64,000 bases of DNA, taken from Raja brachyura (taxonomy: Eukaryota). A program made the translations under genes and the position numbers. Below the pieces are notes generated by a model. It was not told the DNA's origin and did no database searches. It saw only the letters and a list, made by a program, of their open reading frames with translations. Below are positions 38,752 through 52,479 of this stretch, in pieces. Positions within the stretch are counted from its first letter, which is position 1; each line of letters starts with the position of its first letter. Where the stretch lies: the NCBI GenBank assembly GCA_963514005.1, contig OY740813.1, positions 22,320,001 to 22,384,000 on the forward strand. Direction: 5' to 3'.

Positions 38752-39957
38752 ATTTTGATGTGGTGTATCTGGACTTCCAGAAGGCTTTCGACAAGGTCCC
38801 ACGTAAGAGATTAGTATATAAACTTAAAGCATACGGCATTGGGGGTTCAGTATTGATGTGGATAGAGAACTGGCTGGCAAACAGGAAGCAAAGAGTAGGA
38901 GTAAACGGGTCCTTTTCACAATGGCAGGCAGTGACTAGTGGGGTACTGCAAGGCTCAGTGCTGGGACCCCAGCTATTTACAATATACATTAATGATCTGG
39001 ATGAGGGAATTGAAGGCAATATCTCCAAGTTTGCGGATGACACTAAGCTGGGGGGCAGTGTTAGCTGTGAGGAGGATGCTAGGAGGCTGCAAGGTGACTT
39101 GGATAGGCTGGGTGAGTGAGCAAATGTTTGACAGATGCAGTATAATGTGGATAAATGTGAGGTTATCCACTTTGGTGGCAAAAATAGGAAAACAGACTAT
39201 TATCTAAATGGAGGCCGATTAGGAAAAGGGGAGATGCAGCGTGACCTGGGTGTCATGGTACACCAATCATTGAAAGTAGGCATGCAGGTGCAGCAGGCAG
39301 TGAAGAAAGCGAATGGTATGTTAGCTTTCATAGCATAAGGATTTGAGTATAGGAGCAGGGAGGTTCTACTTCAGTTGTATAGGGTCTTGGTGAGACCACG
39401 CCTGGAGTATTGCGTACAGTTCTGGTCTCCAAATCTGAGGAAGGACATTATTGCCATAGAGGGAGTGCAGAGAAGGTTCACCAGACTGATTCCTGGGATG
39501 TCAGGACTATCTTATGAACAAAGACTGCATAGACTCGGTTTATACTCTCTAGAATTTAGGAGATTGAGAGGTGATCTTATAGAAACTTACAAAATTCTTA
39601 AGGGGTTGGACAGGCTAGATCCAGGAAGATTGTTCCCGAGTTGGGGAAGTCCAGGACAAGGGGTCACAGCTTAAGGATAAGGGGGAAATCCTTTAGGACC
39701 AAGATGAGAAGGACTTTTTTCACACAGAGAGTGGTGGGTCTCTGGCACTCTCTGCCACAGAGGGTAGTTGAGGCCAGTTCATTGGCTATATTTAAGAGGG
39801 AGTTAGATGTGGCCCTTGTGGCTAAGGGGATCAGAGGGTATGGAAAGAAGGCAGGTACGGGATACTGAGTTGGATGATCAGCCATGATCATATTGAATGG
39901 CGGTGCAGGCCCGAAGGGCCGAATGGCCTACTCCTGCACCTAATTTCTATGTTCTAT
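38752..39957 (+). mobile_element. 5'-truncated CR1-clade LINE (ORF2 RT C-terminus and 3' UTR)
   Basis: [73 protein letters not shown], then 3' hairpin ggccgaatggcctactcctgcacc and (ttctatg)n tail. Internal stops. Splits a Rex1-like tail. Confidence 0.93.
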
Positions 39958-40624
39958 ATTGAATAGCACACAACAAAACACTTTTCACTGTACCTCGGTA
40001 CATGTGAAAATAAACTGAACTAAACTAAAAAGTAAGACATTGGAACAAAATTAGGCAATTCGATCATGGCTGATCTATTTTTCGCTCTCAAACCCAACTC
40101 TTACCTTCTCCCCATGATCAATAATGATCAAGTATCCCAGCATCACTGTGAAAGATATTTTTACGAATCAACAAAGAGACAACTGCAAATTTGTGGTAAA
40201 TAAATTACTTGTCACTACAGGTGGTTGAGTGGGAAAACCCATTTGCTTGTATGGTCCCATCAAAATCATACACCATCCCTGTCTTAGACATTCCTTGAAC
40301 ATCCCTGGATCTAAATGCGGTAACTCCTGTCCAACAGCAGCGGAGAATACCTTTTCCAGGCAGCCAGCAGCAGTTCAATTCTTGTTAATTAGGTCCTGAT
40401 AATATATGCTGGCCTTGTCACATCCCATAAAAAGAGAGACAAATGCAAACTGCAAATGCTGGTTTACAAAAAAAACACAAATTACTGAAGTAATCAGTGG
40501 GTCAGGCAGCATGTCAAGGACATAGATAGGTGACGTTTTGGTTCGTGACTCCTCTTCAGACTACTTCTTCTTTCGAGTCCATCTTGTTGCAAATGAAGAC
40601 CTTGATGTCATCGTCCGTCCTGAA

Positions 40625-41165
40625 AAGGACGCGATACCTTGCCTGGGTCACCGCGCTGGAGCTCCAGAATGCTGAGACCGCAGGTGAACATCGCGGAGCT
40701 GCGGGACTGTGGAGCAGCCAGCTGCGGGCGGCAGCGCTGAACTTTAACATCGGGAGCCTGGGATCTCTCGGCGAGATCACCAGTTGTGGAGCTCCATTCA
40801 GCGCGGCCTTGTCGGCTTCGGAAACCATGGACTCCGGTAAGGAAGCGGCCGTTCCAGGTGTCCCAAGCCGCTGTGAGGACTCTCCCGACGCCGGAGCACC
40901 ATCACCCGGCGAGAAGGCCTAAAACATCGGGCCGCCGTAGCGCCGACTGCAGAGGCCTCAATAGGCCTGACTATGGGTGGACATGGGGATGGGACTGGAC
41001 TTTGTGCCTTCCCCCACAGTGGGAACCATTGTGGGGGGATGTTTTTATGTTCATTGTTAATTCTTTAGTGTTGTATCTTATCTTTATCTGTGTGCTGCAT
41101 GGCAAGTCAAATTTCACTACACCAATTGGTGTATGTAACAATAAATGTCCTTTGTCCTTTGTCCT
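40625..41165 (+). mobile_element. GC-rich non-autonomous retroelement related to 1-598
   Basis: Shares gccttccc.cacagtgggaa and ggggatgttttatg-like blocks, hairpin tacaccaattggtgta, AATAAA and a (tgtcctt)n tail. Confidence 0.65.
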
Positions 41166-41574
41166 ATTCGGCAAATAACAAGAGGAACTGGAGTGTAATC
41201 AAGGAGAAGCAACCAGTGAACCGTAAAGGACAGGCCTAACATCTCAGGGCTTGAGACAGTGGGTAGTCAACCATTCGCAAAGGAGAAATAAATCAGAGAT
41301 TCATGGCAATGTGGTCATTAAGGAGGAAGCCAGCAACCAGGGTACAATAGGGGAGGTCAGACAAACGTGGGGGAGTACACTTAATTGGTGACATTTCGGG
41401 TCGAGACCATTGGTAAGAAGGTTCTCGACCCGAAATGTCACCCATTCCTTCTCTCCAGAGATGTTGCCTGTCCCGCTGAGTTACTCCAGCTTTTTGTGTC
41501 CATCTTCGGTTGAAACCAGCACCTGCAGTTCCTTCCTACACATTTCACTTGCTGTAAAAACAGCGATGGGTTAT

Positions 41575-41925
41575 TAGAGAGATACAGTAAGGGAATAGGC
41601 CTTTTGGCGCATTGAGTCCGCACTAATCATCAACCATTGACACTAATCCGACACTAATCTAATCCAATGTTATTCGCTCTACATTGTCATCAAGGGCCCC
41701 AGATTGTACCACTCAACAACGCACAAGGGGCAATGTACAGAGGCCAATTAACGTACCAACCTGCAAGTCTTTGGGATGTGGGAGGAAACAGGAGCACCTG
41801 GAGGAAACACACGAGGTCACGGGGAGAACACGCAGACTTCACAGAGATATTACCCAAGGTCAGGACTGAACCCGGGTCTCTGGCGCCGAGAGGCTGCAGC
41901 TCTACCAGCTGCTCCACCGTGCCGT
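41575..41925 (-). mobile_element. HE1/V-SINE-like SINE
   Basis: Reverse copy ending ctctaccagctgctccaccgtgccg. Confidence 0.82.
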
Positions 41926-42217
41926 GATGGGAATGGGGTCCCCATTTAAAACGGTTACAACCCTCTCCCCATCATCCAGTCGGTGGAGGCAGCGCGGGTG
42001 GGGTGAGTGGTTGATACCGTGGCCATTCGGTTCCTGTACACAGAAACTCAAAGTTCAAATGCCAAGGGGATAGCAATCACAGAAGATTGGAACAGAGGCC
42101 ATTTCTTCAGTATTGGAACACTCGATCTTCATTTCTTCTGAGCAATTATGCAGGTAGTATACATGTGAGGCCAGAAATATGTTGACATTTAAATATAAGC
42201 TTCAGTTAACGTCTTAC

Positions 42218-42318
42218 CAGCAGTAGTCCAATAGATGTGGAGGGAGGACAGGGATGTAAACATGCTGCCAATACATAGGGTATAGCATTGCTGCAGACCC
42301 ATGGATACAGGCTGTTAA
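42218..42318 (-). CDS. DENND1A: DENN domain-containing protein 1A (connecdenn 1), internal coding exon, 101 nt
   Basis: Reverse strand reads ttgtttctcctAG|TTAACAGCC...TACTGCTG|GTAAGA and translates [33 protein letters not shown](C), matching recalled DENND1A. It ends in phase 2, compatible with the 46-nt exon. Confidence 0.95.
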
Positions 42319-43189
42319 CTAGGAGAAACAAGAACAAATACTCATCAATTCACATATTCTTAAACTAACATTCTGAACAGAAAATGACTTTCATATTTTA
42401 AACCATCAATAAATTATAAAATCTGCACAGAAAGAAAGCATGTAACACCGGTATTTCTAAACTAAATGTTAAAACCTTTCTTTCTAAACTATACCGGAAC
42501 AGCTCAGTGAATGATTCAACGCGTGTTAAGTTGAAAGTGATGGCCTTACACTGATTAAAACGCAGTACTTGATCTTGCTTCTGTCAGATAATTAAGGTCC
42601 ATCCTCAATATCCAGCACTAAATCTTCAGCATCAGTCAATGTAGCTTGGATCAGTGAACAGTTGGGGCCGTGAACATGGGATAATGATCAGACATCTCCG
42701 CATCGCAGCAAAAGGTGGTTTTACAAACCTGTACAAATTTGTGATAAGCAATTTGTGATAAGCAAACCACTTTGTTCCAAAGAATCCGCAACATTCTCAC
42801 TACAGGTGGAACCATCTCTTTGTGAGACACTCTGCTTATAAGCAACCTTTCTTCCCAATTTACCTCATTACGTAGATGTATGATCCTCTCTAACAGTGCT
42901 ATTAAAAACCTCACATGACCAAAGTCAAAGACTTACTATTTTAAATTGCACAGGCAGATTCAAGAGTCAAGAGAGTTTTATTGTCAAATACCAAAATAGA
43001 ACAAGGACACTTTTTTAACACACAAACCAGTTTTTACTTAACATAACTCACCAAAGTTTGATTCATATTAAATAATTCTTGAGATAAACTACAGAACAGC
43101 ACCAATAGCTTTGGAATGGAATTCCACACAAGCTGCCATAGAAACAATTTTACAAACCCTCTGCGGTTAAACTGCAGAGGGGTCGGCGA

Positions 43190-43280
43190 TGGGAGCCTCG
43201 GCGGCAGCAGGAGCCTCGGTGTAGGTGGCAGTGGAGCCTCGGCGGGCAACGGGAGCCTCAGTGGTGGTGGGGCCTCGCGA
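43190..43280 (+). repeat. GC-rich imperfect tandem repeat with GGAGCCTC core (about 5 units)
   Basis: gggagcctcgg, aggagcctcgg, tggagcctcgg, gggagcctcag and ggggcctcg separated by short variable GC-rich linkers. Confidence 0.7.
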
Positions 43281-44853
43281 TCGACTTATGATCAGCGGTC
43301 GATGAGCGTTGGGGGGGGGGGGTGGGGTGGAGGGGAAGACAATGGGGACCCGACATGGGGGGACCGCCATGAAGGATGGGTGGAATTCTCTGCCTTTTAG
43401 GGCGGTGGAGGCAGGTTCTCTGGATGCTTTCAAGAGAGAGCTAGATAGGGCTCTTAAAGATAGCGGAGTCAGGGGATATGGGGAGAAGGCAGGTACGGGC
43501 TACTGATTGGGGATGATCAGCCATGATCACATTGAATGGCGGTACTGGCTCGAAGGGCCGAATGGCCTACTCCTGCACCTATTGTCTATTGACCCGGTGT
43601 GGAGAGCTCTCTAATTTTAGAATCCTTTGCCTAGGTGATAACCCTGCATTCGTTTGTTTGTTCGTCCATTCGTTACGGTTAAGACACTGTACACACAGCA
43701 GCCAGCCAACAGTCGCTTGTCTTCATCTTTTTTTTCCACTTTTTAATTTACTTTTAATTTCAAGATTTCGTGTATCTTGTGTGTTGTGACTGTTGGCAGA
43801 CCAATTTCCCTCCGGTGATGAATGAAGTTCTGTTGTATCGTATTGTATCGTATCGTGTGTAGCTTGGCCAGATACTGAAGGAGCAAGAAGCCCTGCTCCA
43901 CTCACATTAGATTGTGCAGCACAGTGGCATATGGGCAACACAGTGGCACAGCTAGTAGAGCTGCTGCATTACAGCACCAGAGATCTGGGTTCACCACGGA
44001 TGCTGTCTGTGCAGAGTTTGCACGTTCTCCCTGTGACCACGTGGCTTTCCGCCAGGTGCAGCGGTTTCCTTCAATATCCCATAAGAAAATGGGATAACAT
44101 AGAACTAGTGCGAACGGGTGACCTATGGTCGGCATGGATTCGGGCTGAAGGGCCTGTTTTCAATCGATAACAGTGCTCATCACCTGTCACTGTGCATCTG
44201 TGCACTAATTTTTTTTTAAATAAAGCCATTAAATAAAGTGTTCAGAATGTTTTTTTCAGGACCGAATGTCAAGTTTAATGCATGGGATAAACAGGTATCT
44301 TCTGTTGTTACAAAATACAGATTGATTCCTACTGATAAAGCATTATAACCGCAAAGGGATAACTTGCCCAATATTCCAAATAATTGTCTCTTTTTAAACT
44401 CTGCTTCTTTTTAAACTGAAACCCAACTGCTCACTCAAGTGAAAGTCAAATGATTTCATGGCATTCTACCAATCAACAGGAGAGTAATGCACTGTGTACT
44501 GGCCAATATTTATTCTTCAGCCAACGTCACTGAATTGACAGGTGATCTGCTCATTGTCATGGTGGTGTTTGTGGGAGCCTGCATGAGCAAATTGGCTGCC
44601 ATATTACCTGTTATAAATGCCCCAATTAAAATTGCTGGTATTATTGGACAGTGAAGAAGGTCCAACATCAGTATCTTGATCAACTGGGCCAATGGTTCAA
44701 TAGTGTTTGATTTCTCACATATACAACTGCACAGTGAAATTCTTTTTGCATGTTTACACATGCAGGCACCGCCATGTTTTGGTGCCATTTCCATTGGCAA
44801 AGTCCAGTTCGACCGTGCGCTTAGTTTACTGGAGCAGTTCCCAATCCAGGTAA

Positions 44854-45160
44854 AGGGCCTGTCCCACTGTGCGATGTAATTCAAGAGCTCTCCCGAGTTT
44901 AAAAGAAAATCAAACTCGTGGTAAGCACGCAGAATGTACTTAGCGGGTACGTCGGAGCTAGGGACATCTCATAGCGGCTCGTAACGCTAACGGCGGGTAC
45001 TCGGAAAACGCAGTAAGCTCGTGAAGACTCGTGAAGATTTTTCAACATGTTGAAAAATGTCCATGAGAGCCCCGAGCGGTTATTACCATAATTCTCCGAG
45101 TTCAAATCAGGGGAAACACGGGAGAACTCTTGAATTAGCTCATTCAGTGGGACAGGCCCT
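44854..45160. mobile_element. PIF/Harbinger-type MITE, 307 bp
   Basis: Perfect 16-bp TIR AGGGCCTGTCCCACTG / CAGTGGGACAGGCCCT with TAA on both sides (44851-44853, 45161-45163). Confidence 0.88.
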
Positions 45161-45394
45161 TAAGCCCCGGGCTCCTGCAAGGCCTTCCTGTGTCACCCTC
45201 GACCGGCTCAGTCTACGAACTGACGTCCCTCTCCTCACATGGCCATCTTTGTGGCCTGGGGGTGCAGCAGTCGACCTTGAAGGCACTGTAGGCAATACGG
45301 CACACTCCTCGTGTTCAGTGTCTCCAGCAGCTCCCTCCCGGTACCGCTGTCCGCCAAGCTTTCAGGCACGGCCTCTTGGCAAGTCCCAATGATC

Positions 45395-46295
45395 GGCAGA
45401 TGAAGTTTAACTTAGATTAAATTGAGGTGTTGCATTTTAGTACGATAAACCAGAGCAAAATTTAAATGGTAGGACCCTGGGGAGGGGCGTAGAACAGAGA
45501 GACCTAGGAGTGCAGCTATATACTTGGGGATAAAAGATTGCAACCTTCACGTGGTCCGCCCTGTTTCGACTAATGCAATCAACTTGACGTGCACAAAGGG
45601 AAGATCAAATAGAACAAGTTGTCCAACAACTTTAGGCTGTGGACGCCACACGAAAGAAGAAGCAGCTATATACTTTCATGAAAGTGGAGACATAAGTGAA
45701 CAGGGTGGTGCAGAAGGCATTTGGTACGCTTGCCTTCAGGGTACTGAGTACCGGGAGTCGTTTTCTCATGTTACAGCTGTATAAGATTTTATTGCAGCCC
45801 ACATTTGGAATACCATGTTCAGTTCTGATCACACTATCAGAAGAATGTCATGAAACTGGAAAGGGTACAAAAATGATTTACAAGGATGTTGCCAAGTCTG
45901 GAAGGTTTCAGTTATAAGGAGAGGCTGGAATAGGTTGGGTCTTTTTTCCCCCCGGGAGGCTGAGGGATGAGCTTATAGATGTTGGTCAGATCACGTGAGG
46001 CAGGGATAAAGTGGTACTCTAAAGCTAGGGGGCATAGATTTAAGATGAGATTTTAAAGGGTTTTAAGATGCAATATTTTAACACAGACGATGGTGGGTAT
46101 GTGGAATGAGCTCAAATCATCAAAGCGAGTCCAAATTACGACTTATAAAAGACTATTAGACTTGTACATGGATACGAAAAGGTTGGAGGGATATAGGCCA
46201 GGTATAGGCGAGTGGAACCAGCTTGCTTAAGCAACTTGATCGGGGTGAACACATTGGGCCAAAGGCCTGATTTCATGCTGTATGATTCTATGAAT
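45395..46295 (+). mobile_element. Degraded CR1 LINE 3' portion
   Basis: gaggtgttgcatttt, RVVQKAFGTLAF, LQLYKILLQP and a CR1 3' UTR. Confidence 0.75.
45526..45661 (+). mobile_element. 136-bp insertion with (GAA)n end and 14-bp TSD
   Basis: GCAGCTATATACTT at 45512-45525 and 45662-45675; insert ends cgaaagaagaa; it sits in a CR1 remnant. Confidence 0.8.
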
Positions 46296-47453
46296 CTATT
46301 ACAACAATGACTATATTTCAAAATTGCTTAATTGGCTGTGAAACATGTTAGACCTTAAAATGCTTTTAAAATGCAGGTTTCTCTTTCTCATTTCCAAATT
46401 GGGCAACAAATACACTCCATCTGGAGGCACGAGAAATGGCAGGTGATGGAATCTAGCATAGAACACAAAGTGCTGGTGTAACTCAGCGGATCAAGCAGCA
46501 TCTCTGGAGGACGTGGATAGGCGATAGACGAGTCGGGTCGTTTCGAGTATGAAGAAGGGGCCGGATCCAAATCATCGCCCACCCATGTCGTCCAAATATG
46601 CAGCCTGATCTGCTGCATTACTCCAGCACTTCTAATACATTATATCTACTCTGGGGCCGTTATGCATTTGAATTGGGTATAGATAGGTTGGTGCAGAACC
46701 ACAAGGTAAAGGTTCATGGGCGGGTCGTGAATCGGTTAATGGGCAAAAAAGTGGAGGGCTAAATGGACCATTCTTGGATTGACAAGCTCTAATGAATGGG
46801 CTTGGCCGTCAAAGATCGAAATGGGAAGGAATTTCTACTCTCAGGGAATTGTGAATCTTTGCAATTCAATATGCTGGGGAGCTGTGAAAGCTGAATTATT
46901 CAAGGCTGAGATTGTTTATTTTAGTCCACAGGGGAATCAAGAATGATAGGGGATCATGCAGGGGAGCGTTAGCAAAGATCATATCCGCTATGATATTATT
47001 GAATGGCATAGGAAGCTCAAGTGCAGAATTTGGCCATCTGCTTCTATTACTGTTATTACGACACAAAATCAAAAATGTATTTTATGGAATACAGAGGGTG
47101 CCCCGCAAAAATACAATTACAATATTTACAATAATTTGAAAAGTTCAATGAACAGTTAAGTGTGATTTATTATGTATTTTAAAATTAAGATTAGTTTACT
47201 GTACAAATATATCACTCACATTTTTAATGAACATCCTACTTTGATGGGAAGTAAAGAGAAAATACGAAGAAAATTTAATTTATAATTCACAGATGACAAT
47301 GTGGTTAAGATTTGACTGAACTTTGGTAATATTTTAATCTTCTCTTAATGCTGCATGTTGCTTCTCTCCACTCTAATACCTTGAATATTTGCATATGACA
47401 CAGAAGTGGGATTAGCTCAAGGATTTGGAGCTGAAATACTATTTTCAATACTC

Positions 47454-48170
47454 GGCATGGTGGCGCAGCGGCAGAGTTGCTGCCTTACAGCGCTTGCAGC
47501 GCCGGAGACCCGGGTTCGATCCCGACTACAGGTGCTGTCTATACGGAGTTTGTACGTTCTCCCCGTGACCCTGCGTAGGTTTTCTCCGAGATCTTCGGTT
47601 TCCTCCCACACTCCACAGACGTACAGGTATGTAGGTTAATTGGCTTGGTGCATGTGTAAAATTGTCCCTAATAGGACAGTGTTAGTGTGCGGGGATCAAT
47701 GGTCGGCGCGGGCTCAGTGGGCCAAAGGGCCTGTTTCTGCGCTGTATCTCTAAACTAAACTAAACTCGGGTATATAATTATTTCACAGATCTGAATGTCT
47801 GCTGGAGCATGAATTTTTGATTTTGGAAAGCAATGTAGAAAAGGTAGGGGGTCACAGTTAAGCAACTGGTAGAGCTGCTGCCTCACAGCACTACAGATCT
47901 GGGTTTGATCCCCACATCGGGTGCTGTCTGTGCGGTGTTTGCATTTTCGCTCTGCGACGGAGTGGGTTTCCTCCGGGTGCTCTGGTTTCGTCCCGCATCA
48001 CAAAGACATGCGGGTTTGTGGGTTAATTGGTCTCTGGAGGTTGCCTCTGTGGGTAGGGAGTGGATGTGAAAGTGGGATAACCTGGAACTAGTGTGAATGG
48101 GTGATCGACTGTTGGCGTGGACTCAGTGGGCTGAAGGGACTTTTTCCCATGCTGTATCTTTCAATCAAAA
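47454..48170 (+). mobile_element. Two tandem HE1/V-SINE-like SINEs (47454-47766 and 47845-48170)
   Basis: The first is near consensus, with B-box ggttcgatcc and (taaac)n tail. Confidence 0.88.
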
Positions 48171-48369
48171 CCAATGCACTGTCCCATCTGAAAGCCACAG
48201 GAAAGGGCGCTGTCACCATGAGACTATTAAAAAATTGTAAAGTCACAGCAAGAGATGGAGAGGGGCAAATACCTGCCATTTGTGGTTCATTGCATGCTGA
48301 CCTTTATGCAAGTTTAGCTTTCATGTGCAAATTTTCCTTGCAATCATTTCTCCAGTGCGAGGACAGAAG

Positions 48370-49640
48370 CTATCAGAGTAGGTCATCTGCCCCTTCAGGC
48401 TTGTTCTGCTATTCACTGACAACATGGCTCATCTCGCTCAGCTTCATCTTCCCTCACTTTCCCCACACTCCGCAATTCAATTTGTGTTGGAAAATCTTTC
48501 CATCTCATCCTCAAATGTACTCAATGACAGAGCATCAGAGGCAGTGTGTGCCAGAGATTCACAATCCTTTAAGAAATTGCTTCATTCAGTCCCAGATGGC
48601 AGACGAGGACCATAGAACAAAGAACAGGTCTTTCACCCCACAATGTCTGCGCTGTCTATCCCAAACATGATGCCAATTTAAACCAAGAAGGCACAAGGGA
48701 CTGCAGATGTTAGTTTACAGAAAAAGATAAACACAAGGTGCTGGAGCAACTCAGCGGGTCAGGCAGCATCTTTGGAGGACACGAATAGGCGATGTTTTGG
48801 GTTGGTATCATTCTGCAGACTGATTAGAGTAAGGGATGGAGGGTAAAGCTGGAAGAGAGGTGGGGAGCAGGACAAAGCCAGGCAAGCTGTAGGTGGAGAG
48901 GATGCTTTTTGTGTCCATCTAAGCTATAGGTGGATGCAGGTGAGGGGAGGTATACTAATCTCCTCTGCCTGCACATGATCCATAGCCCTCCATTCTCTGC
49001 ATAAACATGTTCCTATCTAAAAGCCTCTCAAATGACCAATTTCAGACTTCAGACAGCTATTCTATCCAGCCCTCGCAGAAAGTTTTATGTTTAAATAAGA
49101 TCACTTCTGATCCTTCGAAACTTCAAGGAACATAGGTTCAGTTCACACAACCTCTCTTCACAGGGCAATCCTTTTTATCTGCCCAGTGAACCTTCAATGA
49201 ACTCTTCTGAGGCAAGTAAATCCTCCTTCAGGTGAAGAGACCAAAACAATAGACAGCACAGCTTGGTCTCAGCAATGACTTACATAATTGCAGTGGGTTC
49301 TCAACAAGTGTAGTTCAATCCCTTTGTAACGAAGGCTGACTTTCTTGACTGCTTGCTGTAATTGAATGTTAACTTTCTGCAATTTGTGCAGCAAGACTAG
49401 CCAGTTCCTTCTGAACACCAGCATTCCTCTCACTTATTTGGCGAATGTTCCCGTTCTTTTCTTTATGCTCAATCAAAGTTAATAGTTTGCTTTATATAGC
49501 ATTTGCTACATTCTTACCGACTCATTTACTACGTCCATTCACCTTTGTAGACTCTTTGCTTCCTCCCCACAACCTGTTCTTGCATTGTTAGCAAATGTGA
49601 ACACATCGCAGGGTTCCCTCATAATGTCACCGGTACAGAC
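48370..49640 (-). mobile_element. Old degraded CR1-like LINE with nested repeats
   Basis: Reverse-oriented CR1-like phrases (gagattcacaatcc, ggagaccaaaac-like, tcctccccacaacc); heavily mutated. Confidence 0.5.
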
Positions 49641-52479
49641 AAGTAGTCACATCTTGAACGTGACCCTGGCCATAACACATTAGCTGCAGCTTATAACCAG
49701 AGTATGACAATTTTTTTAGTTGAGTTTGGAGATACTGCATGGAAGACAGGCCCTTCGGCCCAAATGGGAACATAGGAACCAGCCTAGTTCAACACACAAC
49801 GCAAGTTCAATGTTATCCCACTTTCCCTACAAGGAGCAATTTAAAGAGGCCTATTAACCTACAGACCGGCTCACCTTTGGGATGGCTGATGGCTTTATTC
49901 CCACAGTGTTGTTAAAACAGACCAATTGATAAGTAACTGATACTCAACAACTTCTTAATCCAAATCAACAAATTGATCAGAAATGCCACAATATCTCATT
50001 TTATCCAATAAATGCAAGTTGAATATCTTTTTGGAAACCATACAGATTAGATCCACTGGCTCCCCCTAGATTGTAAATGAGTTGTTCTATTTCATTCAAG
50101 AATATTATGAAGACTATGCAACAAAACTTCTGTTGCTAAAAACAAAATTTGCCCAGAGCTTCCTCCCAAGAGAAAGCCGCTAGAAGCTTGTGTGATGGAG
50201 CATGAAACTAAAGAGATTTGGTACACTCTGCAGACATCTGCAAACATTGACAGTGTTTCCTGCAAGCTTCAAAACACACAAGGCGCTGACTGTTCAATCA
50301 CTGTCATTTACAGTGTCTGAATTGAAAACCTCCCATCATTATTCATAATCTTACATGTGACCTTGAGGCCACAGGCTAACCGTATGAATAGGTACTTCAG
50401 GTCACACCATGCTGAAACTAAAACGTGCAACATTGAGCTACCGGAAGTATTTTCCATTTCCGATATGCCACTGCAGTGAAACACAGGAATGTTTTAAAAT
50501 GAAACAATTACAAATCGGTAGAGCTGTTGTCTCACAGCACCAGAGACCCGGGTTCAATCCAGACCTCAGGGGGCTGTCAGTGTGGAGTTTTCACGTTCTC
50601 TCTGCGACCGCATGAATTTCCTCCGGGTGCTTCGGTTACCCTCCCTTATCCCAAAGACGAGCAGGTTGTAGGTTTGGCCTCTGTACATTACATCATGTGA
50701 GTAGGGAGTGGATGAGAAAGTGGAATAAACTAGTGTGAGTGGGCAGTCGATGGTTGGCACAGACTCAGTGGGCTGAGTGACCTGCTTCCGTGCTGTATCT
50801 CTAAACTAAACCACAAATATCGGAAATGAACAATTTAAATTGAAAAATGTTCCATGCATTCCGATTCAACATCCATAAAATGTATTTGAATGTTAGTACT
50901 GATTATAATGATTTATTCTTTATTGGATACTACTTTCATTTTTATAGCATGTGTAATACTACAAAATATCCTGAAGTGATTACAGAGTATTTTTATGCCA
51001 CATAAGTAAATATAAAAAAGTATAATCTATAAACAGTGGAAAGTATCATTGAAATATTCAGGTTGTCAGGAAGCATCTATGCAGAGAGAAATAGAGTTCA
51101 TTTTTCAGATCAAAGGTCTTTCATCTGAAGTAGGGAGAGCTAGAAAACAGGATTGTTTTAAATTGCAGACAAGGGAAAGGGTTACAATTAACCCTCGCAG
51201 CTATCATTCATTTTCATCTGGTTCCACTCATACAGATTCCCTTCATTTTTTCCAGCCTTGCCCCTTCTCTACATCTTAAAACATGCCGGTATTGTTCTGT
51301 TGAAAGATCCTTGGTCTGAAATGTTAATTGTATTTCCCCACAGACGCTGCCAAACTGCCGAGCATGTCCAGCATTTTCTTTTGTTCCCGTTTTCAGCAAA
51401 CTCAGTTTCCTTGTTTTGCTAAGACAGAGTAACAGAGTATTAAGCAGGGGCACAGGCCCTTTGGCCCATGTCTACCACAGTGCCCAATCTAAGCTAGTCG
51501 CATTTGAAGGATCCTGACCCAGAACGTCACCTACAGTGTATATACACACTGATTTTTTTTTCTCTCATTTATTATATTGTTTACAGTGTACTATGTTTAC
51601 ATATTATGTTGCGCTGCTGCAAGTATGAATGCCATTGTTCTCTCTGGGACTCTCGAGCAATGGAGTCAGTGGCGGGGAAGAGTTTCTGAATGGGAAAAGG
51701 CAATCAATATGTACAGCACTGGAAAAGGCCCCTCAGCACAAATCTGCTGGGCCGAATGGCCAGTCCCTTTGCTGAATTGTACTACATCATTAAACAATTT
51801 TAAATCATAGACATTGGGTTATTTTTTATTTATTCATTAAGAGTAGAATCTGTATCTTCATTCATAAATCTTCTATCAACATTTTAGATCTATATTTTTA
51901 TATATATTTATTATTTGGCCATCATTATTGGCTTTTTACGATTACATGCCCAATAGTTCATTATAACTAGAGGAAGGGTCTCGGCCTGAAACGTCACCCA
52001 TTCCTTCTCTCCAGAGATGCTGCCTGTCCCGCTGAGTTACTCCAGCTTTTTGTGTCTATCTTATTAAAATAACCTGTTCTGGCATGTTCTCATACTTTAT
52101 AAAATTTAAAATCAAACAATCAATAGGACCAAGGGGAAAAAAAGAATACAATGTCTCTATAATTCAAGGAATTACTAGCATCTTTAACAGGTGAAACAGC
52201 ACATTTGCCAAATTAGCAATATGTCCTTCCGAGTGCTGTGGTGTTTGAAGCTCTGGGAGATTTTGTATTACTGCCCAATATAATGAAAGGTTCATTGACA
52301 TTTGGAATTATTTTAATTGGACAACAATATCCAGAAAATCATTTGCCAGCTCACCACGAATGCAATCGAGCAAGTAACTTCGAATTTTCATCAAAACCAC
52401 TGACAAATGCATTTTTTATATAATAAAAATGACTGGTGTCGTTTAAAAAATTATGGCAATCACATGGATCAGGTGAGTC

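Noticed and set aside
43190-43280. Repeat-and-spacer pattern resembling CRISPR (also 56900-57140)
   Set aside because: Units are 8-11 bp with short related linkers, in a vertebrate intron with no cas genes.
47454-47530. tRNA-like sequence with A and B boxes
   Set aside because: It is the head of a SINE; no standalone tRNA.
48101-48670. 189-aa ORF
   Set aside because: Begins in a SINE tail and crosses a reverse CR1 remnant; chance ORF.
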